A stretch of 64,000 nucleotides of DNA. Source: Candidatus Poribacteria bacterium. GTDB lineage: Bacteria > Poribacteria > WGA-4E > PCPOR2b. The notes under the pieces were generated by a model that saw only the letters and a program-made list of their open reading frames with translations, did no database searches and was not told where the DNA came from. Both the position numbers and the translations under genes were made by a program. Of the stretch, positions 20,686 to 29,032 are shown piece after piece. The DNA lies in the NCBI GenBank assembly GCA_965198175.1, contig OZ240245.1, positions 2,752,001 to 2,816,000 of the forward strand, in the 5' to 3' direction. Every line of letters begins with the position of its first letter. The first letter of the stretch is position 1.

Positions 20686-21552
20686 ATGACACGTAAATGG
20701 AAAACAGCGTTTCTCACAATTTTGGACTATAGCACAATGCCGTCGATTGATGTAATCGAGTCGCTGCGTCGTTTGGGGTATGAAGGTATTGAGTGGACTA
20801 TGGACCACTTTGATCCCGATAAGCCGCTTGCACAACTGCGCGAATTGGTCAATCAGACTCATGATGCGGGAATGGAGGTATCCCAAATTATGGCGCATAC
20901 CGACCTAATTTCGCTCGACGATGCGGTGCGTAAGCGAAAAACCGATCGAATTGTGCGCGGTATAAGAGCTGCAGGCGAGTGTGGGGTGAGTGCGGTCAGT
21001 GTTTTGACGGGACCGTCGATTTGGGAGCCGGACCACGTCCGCATTGGTGAAGATATGAGTGAGATGGCTGCCTGGGATCAGGCGATTGAAGCTATTGAGA
21101 CCTTCGTCGAAGCCGCTGAAGATTCCAATATTGTCATCACGTCTGAGGCAGTCTATGGAATGCTTGCCCACGATTTCTTTACTCACAAGTGGCTGGTGGA
21201 TCAGGTGGATCGCCCAGCACACAAGGTCAATTTTGATCCGTCGCACCACGTTCTCTACGGTATAGAAGATATGCGCTGGCTTATTCACCAGTGGGGAGAT
21301 AGAATCGCTCACGTTCATATCAAGGACGCCATCGGTATACCTCAACTCAACAAGTTTGTCTTTCCGCTGCTGGGTGAAGGCAGAGTGAACTGGCAAGATT
21401 TTTTCGTCGGTCTTGAGGAGATTGACTACCAGGGGTTCTGCAGCCTCGAGTTCGAGTCCTTTCGTTTCTATCGCCAAGTCCTGAAAAACAATCCGGAAGC
21501 CGCAGCCCAAATCTTGCTCGAACAACTAAACGCACTTCTAGATGATGATTGA
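20686..21552 (+). CDS. Sugar phosphate isomerase/epimerase (IolE/IolI-like TIM barrel)
   Basis: NFDPSH, HVHIKD, LGEGRVNW, SLEFE. Confidence 0.9.
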   Translation: MTRKWKTAFLTILDYSTMPSIDVIESLRRLGYEGIEWTMDHFDPDKPLAQLRELVNQTHDAGMEVSQIMAHTDLISLDDAVRKRKTDRIVRGIRAAGECGVSAVSVLTGPSIWEPDHVRIGEDMSEMAAWDQAIEAIETFVEAAEDSNIVITSEAVYGMLAHDFFTHKWLVDQVDRPAHKVNFDPSHHVLYGIEDMRWLIHQWGDRIAHVHIKDAIGIPQLNKFVFPLLGEGRVNWQDFFVGLEEIDYQGFCSLEFESFRFYRQVLKNNPEAAAQILLEQLNALLDDD

Positions 21553-21688
21553 GTGCGGTCACTGCAACGCGAATATACGAACAGGTAATCTTAACCACTA
21601 TCGGCATAGCCGCTGCATCGCTCTTCGTCCTGAATTCCAATAATCCGGTAAATGACACCTGTAAAATCGTTAATGAAAGGAGATTGAA

Positions 21689-21913
21689 GTGAAACCCTTT
21701 TTTGTGTTTTGTGCATCGTTAGTTTATTTTTGCTGCATAGGGATAATTCTCCTGGCTTTGCTGAAAATTTCTTCAGGCATCGCTGACAACCGTGATTTTG
21801 TGTCAATGTTCGGCTCAATACTATTCACGTCTGCCTTCTTTGCTTTCCTTGTATGGTACAGTTCCCGACGAAAGAAGCAAGCCAAAGATCAGTCCGATTC
21901 GAAGGAAGATTAG
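21689..21913 (+). CDS. Small two-TM membrane protein
   Basis: AAGGAG RBS, two hydrophobic segments, basic tail. Confidence 0.6.
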   Translation: MKPFFVFCASLVYFCCIGIILLALLKISSGIADNRDFVSMFGSILFTSAFFAFLVWYSSRRKKQAKDQSDSKED

Positions 21914-21918
21914 TTTTT

Positions 21919-22200
21919 GTAGGTTGGGTAGAGGGATCAAACAAGCGAACAGCGAGTGCGATAGTCTTCTCTAACAAAATCCTCCCCCTTAACAAGGAGG
22001 AATCAAGCGAGATCAACTGAGCGGATAGCGAAGGCGATAGTTCCCTAGCGAGTGCGATAGTCTTCTCTAGTTCTTGTAGGTTGGGTAGAGCGGATATGAT
22101 GAAAAATGTGAATTATGAGCATGAGTTTGCTTAGTTGATTGCGTTCAAGAATAGATTGCGCGTAGCGAAACCCAACGCTTCTGAAACGTCCGGACGACCA
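21919..22200 (+). repeat. GTAG-type REP repeat cluster (partial REPIN)
   Basis: GTAGGTTGGGTAGAG at 21919 and 22076, closing CGAAACCCAAC near 22167. Internal duplication GCGAGTGCGATAGTCTTCTCTA at about 21952 and 22048. Confidence 0.75.
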
Positions 22201-22736
22201 CAAAACGTTTCCCGCCCCTATTGCTCTGTTGCCCTAGCGTTTTGATCGTGTATTTCAGAGATTATACCATTTCGTTTGAATAACAGTGCATATGACGGTT
22301 CAGCTATATCATTCTCTTTCTCTTTGTCCGTAGGCGGGGCATCTTGCCCCGCATTGGTGTGATTTGATTAACGCGATTAATGCACAGCAAATATAGAGAA
22401 ATGGTATTATTAGTATTTGGAGAGAACGTGATTTATGTTCTTTGCGTTCTCCGGACATGGAATGCTGATAAACATCGACAGTATAGACCATCTCCGAATC
22501 AAAACTGTCAAGCGGAGGGAAAAGTGACTGCATAAGATTGTGCTCTTCCGTACGCAGAACCATGTTGATGCTTAGAACAGCGACCGACCAAAGTACGTCG
22601 TCATGAAATCAGAAACCGAGAGCATGTCTGCAGGGTCTGGCGCCAAATCATTGACCGCATCAATGGTGTCGTCATTCAGATTGATACTCCTGGGTTCTAA
22701 TCACGGGGAGGCTTCGATCTCCCCCACAACTTTTAC

Positions 22737-23018
22737 ATGGAGATTGCATTGTTCACACCAGAAGAGATTTCTCGCATTAAGACGATAACATGGAAGAACC
22801 ATAGCGAACATGAATCTTTCATAGATTCTCTAATCGAAAAGCTGGATACATATGATTCGGGTGGAGGCGCAATATCCAAGACGGGCACGGTGCCAGTTTC
22901 AATATACGATCATGTGCGAGATTGGCTTGTTGAACTTAAACAGAAGCCATCACCTACTCGAATTGAACAATTGGTTGATATGTTAACTGACTCGCCCCAG
23001 ATTCTCCTTAACCAATAG
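22737..23018 (+). CDS. Hypothetical protein
   Basis: 93-aa ORF with plausible composition, no recognised motif. Confidence 0.5.
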   Translation: MEIALFTPEEISRIKTITWKNHSEHESFIDSLIEKLDTYDSGGGAISKTGTVPVSIYDHVRDWLVELKQKPSPTRIEQLVDMLTDSPQILLNQ

Positions 23019-23055
23019 ATTGCGAGTCCCCACTGCGTTATTAAGGAGATTGACA

Positions 23056-23313
23056 ATGAAACAACCGTTGTTGCATGACACTATTACTCACGAGGAACTC
23101 AGATGCAAGAAGCTGATTCTCGTTGGCGACAATGGCGAAGAAGCCATCTTGCGTGTTATCACTGAACCGGCGGTATGCGATTCGCTTGATAACCACGTGA
23201 TAAAAGAGGCAGTTACGCGCATTCAATTTGAAGACCATAATGGCGAAATTCAAGATGTCGCGTCCGTCTCTGAAGGTCAAGTCGAACTTGCATTAAGTGA
23301 TCCTGTTAGCTAA
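23056..23313 (+). CDS. Hypothetical protein
   Basis: AAGGAG RBS before ATG at 23056. Confidence 0.55.
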   Translation: MKQPLLHDTITHEELRCKKLILVGDNGEEAILRVITEPAVCDSLDNHVIKEAVTRIQFEDHNGEIQDVASVSEGQVELALSDPVS

Positions 23314-23616
23314 ATAAGAACAGCATAGAATTGTCCATCAACAATATTAGGTGTTGAAGCATAGCCGGATTGCGTAGCCTTGACACCTTAATGGCAGGGC
23401 ATGACTGTCTAAACATTGGGGGTAAGTTCAGTCCCCGCCAAATAGAATGGGCAACCCAATCCGCAGGCTGCCCCAGTTACAGGAATCACCTACGGCATAT
23501 GATCACGCATGGCAACATCCCTTTTGTTTGAGTGTTAGCACAGCTCCAACCGTGCCACCCGAATCGCATCACAAGCGCAATTGGGGATCATTGAGATTGG
23601 TTCAGATGTTCTATCA

Positions 23617-23735
23617 TGATATAATGGCAACAAGCGACGCAAGTGGGTTTATCCTACCCACGTCTCCATTGCGTTGCTTAGTGTCATTCCTCTGCCCGCT
23701 AGTGTTCCCGCACTTTCGGGTATGAATGGCACTTA
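23617..23735 (+). ncRNA. Candidate small RNA (extended -10 followed by two long hairpins)
   Basis: TGATATAAT at 23617-25. Stems AAGCGACGCAA/TTGCGTTGCTT (23632-23679) and AGTGTCATTC/GAATGGCACT (23680-23733) with an AGTG-TTCCCG-CACT apex. Confidence 0.45.
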
Positions 23736-23912
23736 TATCATTTCAAGAGATGAGACCAATCGTGCTTATGGTAACTTATAAATTGGAGTAAGAAAAGGGA
23801 AATAAGATTGAGGCAGGAAGATTTTAGTTGACAGGAAATATCATCTGCTATATTGCGAGAGCACCGAGAAGGTCAATTTGACTTTCTCACAACCTGAAAG
23901 GATGAGACTATG

Positions 23913-24320
23913 TTATTGGACATTTGAATTGCCATCATCTTGGGATTCATGAGACTCTGTATCTTGAGAGTTTTTCTGCCTTCTACTCCGAATGTTATTG
24001 GCTAATTCTGAATTTGATTTGCTACTTTTCCTTTGTTCCCAAAGCATATAACTGCCCAATACAAATCCAACCATTGTAAAGACCCAAAATGCTACTTCTG
24101 CCCATTCATACTTGAACTCTTTGGTTGTTATTATAGCTATGAGAGACGTTATTGCTGCTGATATCAACAACCTACCAAAACCGAATTGTGATTTGGCTCT
24201 ATCTCCACCTTGTTCCAATGCTTGTAATTCCTCTTCCTTCACGTCATACACAACGATATGACCAATACCCACACGGTGAACAAGAACTGTTTCTGATTCG
24301 TTCTTAGAATTGTCATTCAT
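23913..24320 (-). CDS. Two-TM membrane protein with charged C-terminal tail
   Basis: Start MNDNSK one base after the upstream stop. Two hydrophobic helices. Confidence 0.7.
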   Translation of the reverse strand: MNDNSKNESETVLVHRVGIGHIVVYDVKEEELQALEQGGDRAKSQFGFGRLLISAAITSLIAIITTKEFKYEWAEVAFWVFTMVGFVLGSYMLWEQRKSSKSNSELANNIRSRRQKNSQDTESHESQDDGNSNVQ

Positions 24321-24321
24321 A

Positions 24322-24585
24322 TCACAGATTCTTACGTAGCCAATCATTATTGGCATAGGAATTAAACCAAGCAGCCTCAACGCCAGATTTAATCACAAAC
24401 ATATAGTCATTAGGTGCTACAAGACTTCTGAGCGTATCACGTATTGTAACTGCCGAATGCTCAGTCACAACCGCCCAACAATTGGCATTGATTCTTGCCC
24501 ATGTTCCATATTCCTTCAGCTTATTTCCAACTGCCTCAATGTCAGCTGAATTTTTAATCTCGAAACAAACGATATATGTCTTCAT
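24322..24585 (-). CDS. Small ferredoxin-fold Cas2/VapD-like protein (often annotated 'SinR family')
   Basis: Pattern 'MKTYIVCFEI...LKEYGTWARI...W.V.T..SA..IRD.L...ND..FVI....AAW...DWLRKNL' recognised by eye. Confidence 0.6.
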   Translation of the reverse strand: MKTYIVCFEIKNSADIEAVGNKLKEYGTWARINANCWAVVTEHSAVTIRDTLRSLVAPNDYMFVIKSGVEAAWFNSYANNDWLRKNL

Positions 24586-24752
24586 TTAATTTGTCCTAAT
24601 GACCCTAAGAGATATAATACCACATAGTGCAATTCGTGTTCAACATATTATAACTTCAAAGGTGCATGAAATATACATTTCTATGGAATTAGCAGTTGTT
24701 GAGCTTGGGGTGAGAAACAACTAACTCCGAAAACGTTTGATAGAATTTAACA

Positions 24753-24983
24753 CTATTGCTGTTTGTTCGCGATATATTTCTTGTCGCCTTCATAATTTGA
24801 CATAAGCAACTCTAGTGCGCGTTTCAAATTCGAGTATCGTGCGTAAACATCAAGCAATGCATCACGACTTTCTTGCGCGTCGTGATACATATGAATAAGT
24901 TCGGGCAACGATGCCAACACTGTTTCGCAACTAGAATGTAACACTTTAGCACAATGAGATTCTACATTATCAGATGTATTCAT
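24753..24983 (-). CDS. Small helical hypothetical protein
   Basis: ATGA overlap with the upstream GIY-YIG gene. Confidence 0.55.
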   Translation of the reverse strand: MNTSDNVESHCAKVLHSSCETVLASLPELIHMYHDAQESRDALLDVYARYSNLKRALELLMSNYEGDKKYIANKQQ

Positions 24984-25438
24984 ATCAATCTCCAGGGGAT
25001 ATTTACTGCTATAGGTATTTCGTTTGATGATTGTTGGCTCAACTCTGGATTTAGTTTATCGTGCAGATAATTTTCGATTCCATGTCGAGTCGGCTCGTCT
25101 AATTCCAGTGCCCAAGCCACATTTAAGGAGCGGATATTATATACTTCGCGCAATATTGTTCGCTGAAATGACAGCCGATTCTCAATGTCACCTTCGCCGA
25201 CGTAGATTGTGTTTTGGGAAAACATGTTTCCGCGCCAGATAACGTAGATGCCAGATGGAGTAAGTATCAGCGGTTTGTCATATAATTTGTAATATTTACC
25301 AAACGGACTAACCCAATTCCAGTTCAAATGCTTACTTGGATACCATCGGCGAAAATATTCATTTATGGCATCACGAGATATATTGCGCTCTCTCGGGTTG
25401 AAAAACGATAATGCTTCATCATAAAGTCGTCTGGTCAT
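24980..25438 (-). CDS. GIY-YIG superfamily nuclease-like protein
   Basis: SGIYVIW...IYVGEG.I.NRL...GIENYL...NP matches the GIY/YIG/R/E layout. Confidence 0.65.
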   Translation of the reverse strand: MTRRLYDEALSFFNPRERNISRDAINEYFRRWYPSKHLNWNWVSPFGKYYKLYDKPLILTPSGIYVIWRGNMFSQNTIYVGEGDIENRLSFQRTILREVYNIRSLNVAWALELDEPTRHGIENYLHDKLNPELSQQSSNEIPIAVNIPWRLI

Positions 25439-25627
25439 GTCGTTGCCTCAAAATCAAATGTGTTCAGATGATGCCATAGGGTGTAGGAGTACCCTCTGGC
25501 AACTTTTTTCTTGCACTATTTGCAAGAACCGTGGAACAATAAAAAAGCACTAGCTTAGTGCGTTGTGGCAACCAACCTCTACGTCGCCTGTCAAGCCGTG
25601 AGGATTGGTAGAATTAAATCTTTCTTC

Positions 25628-25655
25628 AAGCCGTCCTGTTTGGGTGGCTTTTTTA
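25628..25655 (+). terminator. Rho-independent terminator
   Basis: AAGCCGTCC-TGTTT-GGGTGGCTT followed by a T run. Confidence 0.55.
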
Positions 25656-25804
25656 TTGCCGTATTGCTTTATGGATGGATGATACCTTACTCGCAAACAA
25701 AAGTGCAAGAAGAACGTATATTTAGACGGGAGGCGAATAAGAAACGTCTATCTAGGGTTGGAATTTAATATTAACATTGAAAGTTCATAGCATGGGAGAG
25801 AGCT

Positions 25805-25860
25805 ATGAATCTGATTGAAGTGACGCAGAGGTTTCCAACACAGGAATCGTGAATTGTTCT
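25805..25860 (+). pseudogene. N-terminal fragment of an IS1595-family transposase
   Basis: After GGGAGAG, reads MNLIEVTQRFPTQES*I. This resembles IS1595 N-termini and is cut off by the REPIN at 25862. Confidence 0.45.
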
Positions 25861-25861
25861 C

Positions 25862-26215
25862 GTAGGTTGGGTAGAGCGGTATTTTGAGAATCTTGCAATA
25901 TTGGACACGTGGCTTTCGTGAGTTGAGGCTGATTCAAAATCGCCATGACGGAGCGAAACCCAACGCATTTGAAACTTTCGGGAATCGACCGGCTAATTCA
26001 AACAGCACAACATTCGATACAATAAAAATCACCACAACGCATAGGAGTGATTTGGTGTTTGGTACGCAGCAATCAATAGGCCGCTTTTTTGTTGTCTAGA
26101 GGTTTTAAAAGAGTTGAGTTACGCTCTGCCTATTTTTCCATGGTCATGGCAAAGGAATTAGGACGCTTTACGGGTGGAGTAACGGTGCCGGGACGACCTG
26201 CTCAACCGAACCTAC
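25862..26215. repeat. REPIN-like element (inverted pair of GTAG REPs)
   Basis: Begins GTAGGTTGGGTAGAGCG...GCGAAACCCAAC and ends GCTCAACCGAACCTAC (the inverted copy). Confidence 0.75.
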
Positions 26216-26229
26216 AGGAACTAGAAGTG

Positions 26230-27252
26230 CTAATCAAACGGAATAAAAGTGGTTTTTTCTGCCAATTCCTGGCAATCCTTATACCTTTCAGTTGTCGCTT
26301 CGAATCTATCGAAATACTGCTCGTAAAATTGTATCTTATCTTCCGATGTGCAGGTGTAGTGAATTTGCCTGACATCGAATGCTTGTCCTTCAAATATCTT
26401 TTTCAGGTTAAACTCCAAGGAATGCGGACCAACACCCAAAAGTATCAATTTTAATTCCCTATTTTGCTGGTCATGGTTAGCCAGTTCATTGATTCGGTCC
26501 GTGATGTCTTTAAACGTAAAATTTTCGTATGCATTGTGGCAGGAAACAGCGTTGTCTCCTCCTTCTCCATAGCTCGTCACTAATGGCTCTAATCCATTGG
26601 TGTGGGCGTTCAAACAGGTTTGGCTTATTGGGTAGCAGCTAGTCTTCTCCCCTATTTTAATTTCATCTTCATCACGTAAGTATAGTATGCCGTGAGGATG
26701 AAAAATATACCGAGCACAATATAGATATTTTTTTTCAAATTCTAGTCCGTTTTTTGTAAACCAAACTGACCGTTCCCGGTTGGGAGTGTTCAAGTATTGT
26801 TTTCTGAAGAAATCAACTACTTGACCTAATAGCAGCGTGTCATAGTTAAAGTTGATGAACACGCTTGGAGTTTTCGATCTTTTATTGTTCAAAAGGGTAT
26901 CTATATTGTTGTTCTTTACGAATGTCTCTATCCATCCCTCACGCTCCTGCCTTGCTTTTGACTTGAAGATCTTCTTGATAGCGTCGAATATAGCTCGTGT
27001 CGTCGCCGGGAAATCGGACGACTCCAATGCAAATTCGCTGATAAGATTATCAACTGTGGGATATTTTTTGCATGGTCCAACCGCTGGCAGTTCTTCGATA
27101 AAGGAGTTTGTGTTTTTATAAGAGCCAAGACATTCCATGTTATCATTTAAGTATTTTATTAGCATGCTCCGTAATTCACACCAGACGGGTAGCCCGTAAT
27201 CTACCGATGCCCCTGCTCCTAAGACAAATACGTTCACACATTTTGTATTCAT
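26230..27252 (-). CDS. SIR2-like domain protein (SIR2_2/AbiH-like), candidate anti-phage NADase
   Basis: FVLGAGAS...GLP, FINFNYDTLL, HPHG, ILLG. Visibly AT-rich. Confidence 0.7.
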   Translation of the reverse strand: MNTKCVNVFVLGAGASVDYGLPVWCELRSMLIKYLNDNMECLGSYKNTNSFIEELPAVGPCKKYPTVDNLISEFALESSDFPATTRAIFDAIKKIFKSKARQEREGWIETFVKNNNIDTLLNNKRSKTPSVFINFNYDTLLLGQVVDFFRKQYLNTPNRERSVWFTKNGLEFEKKYLYCARYIFHPHGILYLRDEDEIKIGEKTSCYPISQTCLNAHTNGLEPLVTSYGEGGDNAVSCHNAYENFTFKDITDRINELANHDQQNRELKLILLGVGPHSLEFNLKKIFEGQAFDVRQIHYTCTSEDKIQFYEQYFDRFEATTERYKDCQELAEKTTFIPFD

Positions 27253-27449
27253 TATACCTTCCTTGAATGTATGAGATATGTTGATGCAAAATAACGAAAG
27301 CTAGGCTGTGCCAGCTGCTATTGGACGGGCTTCACAAAAAATTCACAAAATCAACCCAAACACCGGACAGAAGGCGGAACCGCGATTCATAATTGAACGA
27401 ATTCAGTAAACTACGACTGACGTTATTTTGCTTGATCTCATAAGCTTAA

Positions 27450-27775
27450 TGACGGATCGAAACCCAACGATCAAGCGACCGAATAGGGAGTGCGATAGTT
27501 TTCTTCAGTCTTTTCAAAACCAAACGCTTTTGAAACGTCCGAGCAACGAATCGGTTACTTCCCGTCGCACAACATTTGAGGCTATAAAAAGCAACAAAAG
27601 ACCAGATGGTTGTCTGGTGTTCGGTACGGAGCAATCCATAGGCCGCTCTTTTTTGTCCAGAGCCTTTAAAAGAGTTGGGTTACGCTCCACCTATTTTTCG
27701 ATCGTCATGGAAAAGAAATTGGGACGATTTAGGGTGCCGTGACCGTGCTGGGATTAGCCGCTTAACCCAACCTAC
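27450..27775. repeat. Second, left-truncated REPIN copy
   Basis: Collinear with 25946-26215 (GCACAACATT, TGGTGTT.GGTACG.AGCAATC.ATAGGCCGCT, TTTAAAAGAGTTG.GTTACGCTC, AACCTACAGGAAC). Confidence 0.8.
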
Positions 27776-27946
27776 AGGAACTTTTCGGCACGGCCGCGTC
27801 GTCTTTTCGGTTTCGTGCCCATATCTTTTTGGGGACGAGTTTCTTCCAGTTGTTTATCTGTTTTAGGCAAAGTGATGATTCCTAACTGTACTGTCAAAGG
27901 ATAAGGCAGGTTGTCCTATCTTTATTCGAGGTGTTTTCTAGGGTTG

Positions 27947-29032
27947 CTATTGCGCCGATTTTTCTCGGTTGCACTTTTTGCAGAGCATTTGACAATTCTC
28001 CTCATTGGTCTTGCCACCTTCAGACCAAGGTGTAATATGGTCCGCTTCCATTCCATCTATTGTGAAACCTTTGCTGCATTTGACACAAATACCTGATTGC
28101 TTCTCATAGACCTTTTGCTTCATGCCATCTGAAAAAGCACGTATATTCAATTGCTTTTCGTCACGAGTTAAAATGTATTGATATATCCCCGCCTTTTTTG
28201 TTACATCGTCATCAAGCACAAGCCGAGCGGTTTCTTTCTCAATCTTGTCAGTATCAAGTTTGGTGTCTCCAAAGGTGTCGTATAGAAAACCCCAATCTAC
28301 GCCCTTCATTATCGACTTTCTTTTCGTCGTAAATGTTTCCTCTACCCAACGAATCACTGACTGGAAGTATTCCCACAACGGGGCAGCAGTATTGTGGTTT
28401 TGATGCTGTCCCATATAGTCCTCAATCGCGTCTTTGCTGATCCATTTGATCGCTGTTTCCAAGTACGCCTGTCGGATTGCCGACCCATTGATATAGTCAC
28501 TGCCAATTTGATAAGCGGCACCTCCGCGTTTGCTGAAATACCGTTTTGCATCGGAAACCCAAGGGCCTGCGTAAACTGCGTTGCGTAACTCTTGATTAGT
28601 CAGCTCTTGTCCTGCAATATTGATTGTCTTGAACCAATCCAACTTCTCGCTATCTGTCCCACTGCACACATACACCATTAGCCTGTAATCCCGTATTAAG
28701 TCTGCTTTGTCGGCCGGGAGGTTGTGAAAGTATCGGTCATTAAATGAAAAGTCGCCTTCAACGTATTGTGCAATAGAGATTGTGCGTTGTTGCCCATCAA
28801 TTATCTCGAAAGTGCCGTCTTCCCGGTCGGCCCAGTACATTACGTTCAAGGGAAATCCCTTTAGAATAGAATCCACCACGGCATTGCGTTCTTTATCCTT
28901 GTAGATAAATTCTCGTTGAAATCGAGGGCGTATATCTAGTTTTCCGCCGTAGCCAGTCACGCCTCCCTCGCCATCGTCACGATACTCATTGACGAGTTCT
29001 CTAACAGTGAGATCTAATAATTCAATTTTCAT
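27947..29032 (-). CDS. DUF262 (GmrSD N-terminal-like) + HNH endonuclease
   Basis: FQREF, IDGQQR, FKTIN..G..L. C-terminal CVKC...ADHITPWSEGG...N.QMLCKKCN. Confidence 0.9.
   Translation of the reverse strand: MKIELLDLTVRELVNEYRDDGEGGVTGYGGKLDIRPRFQREFIYKDKERNAVVDSILKGFPLNVMYWADREDGTFEIIDGQQRTISIAQYVEGDFSFNDRYFHNLPADKADLIRDYRLMVYVCSGTDSEKLDWFKTINIAGQELTNQELRNAVYAGPWVSDAKRYFSKRGGAAYQIGSDYINGSAIRQAYLETAIKWISKDAIEDYMGQHQNHNTAAPLWEYFQSVIRWVEETFTTKRKSIMKGVDWGFLYDTFGDTKLDTDKIEKETARLVLDDDVTKKAGIYQYILTRDEKQLNIRAFSDGMKQKVYEKQSGICVKCSKGFTIDGMEADHITPWSEGGKTNEENCQMLCKKCNREKSAQ

Noticed and set aside
21919..22200. Repeats near the Cas2-like gene as a CRISPR array
   Set aside because: Only 2-3 irregular copies with no constant spacer length. 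The pattern fits REP elements.
22309..22788. ORFs 22309-22563 (-) and 22603-22788 (+)
   Set aside because: No RBS or motif support, and one runs into a REP. Possibly debris.
25884..27742. Similar short ORFs at 25884-26099, 26089-26454 and 27428-27742
   Set aside because: They are translations of the REPIN repeat, and the frames are not preserved between copies.
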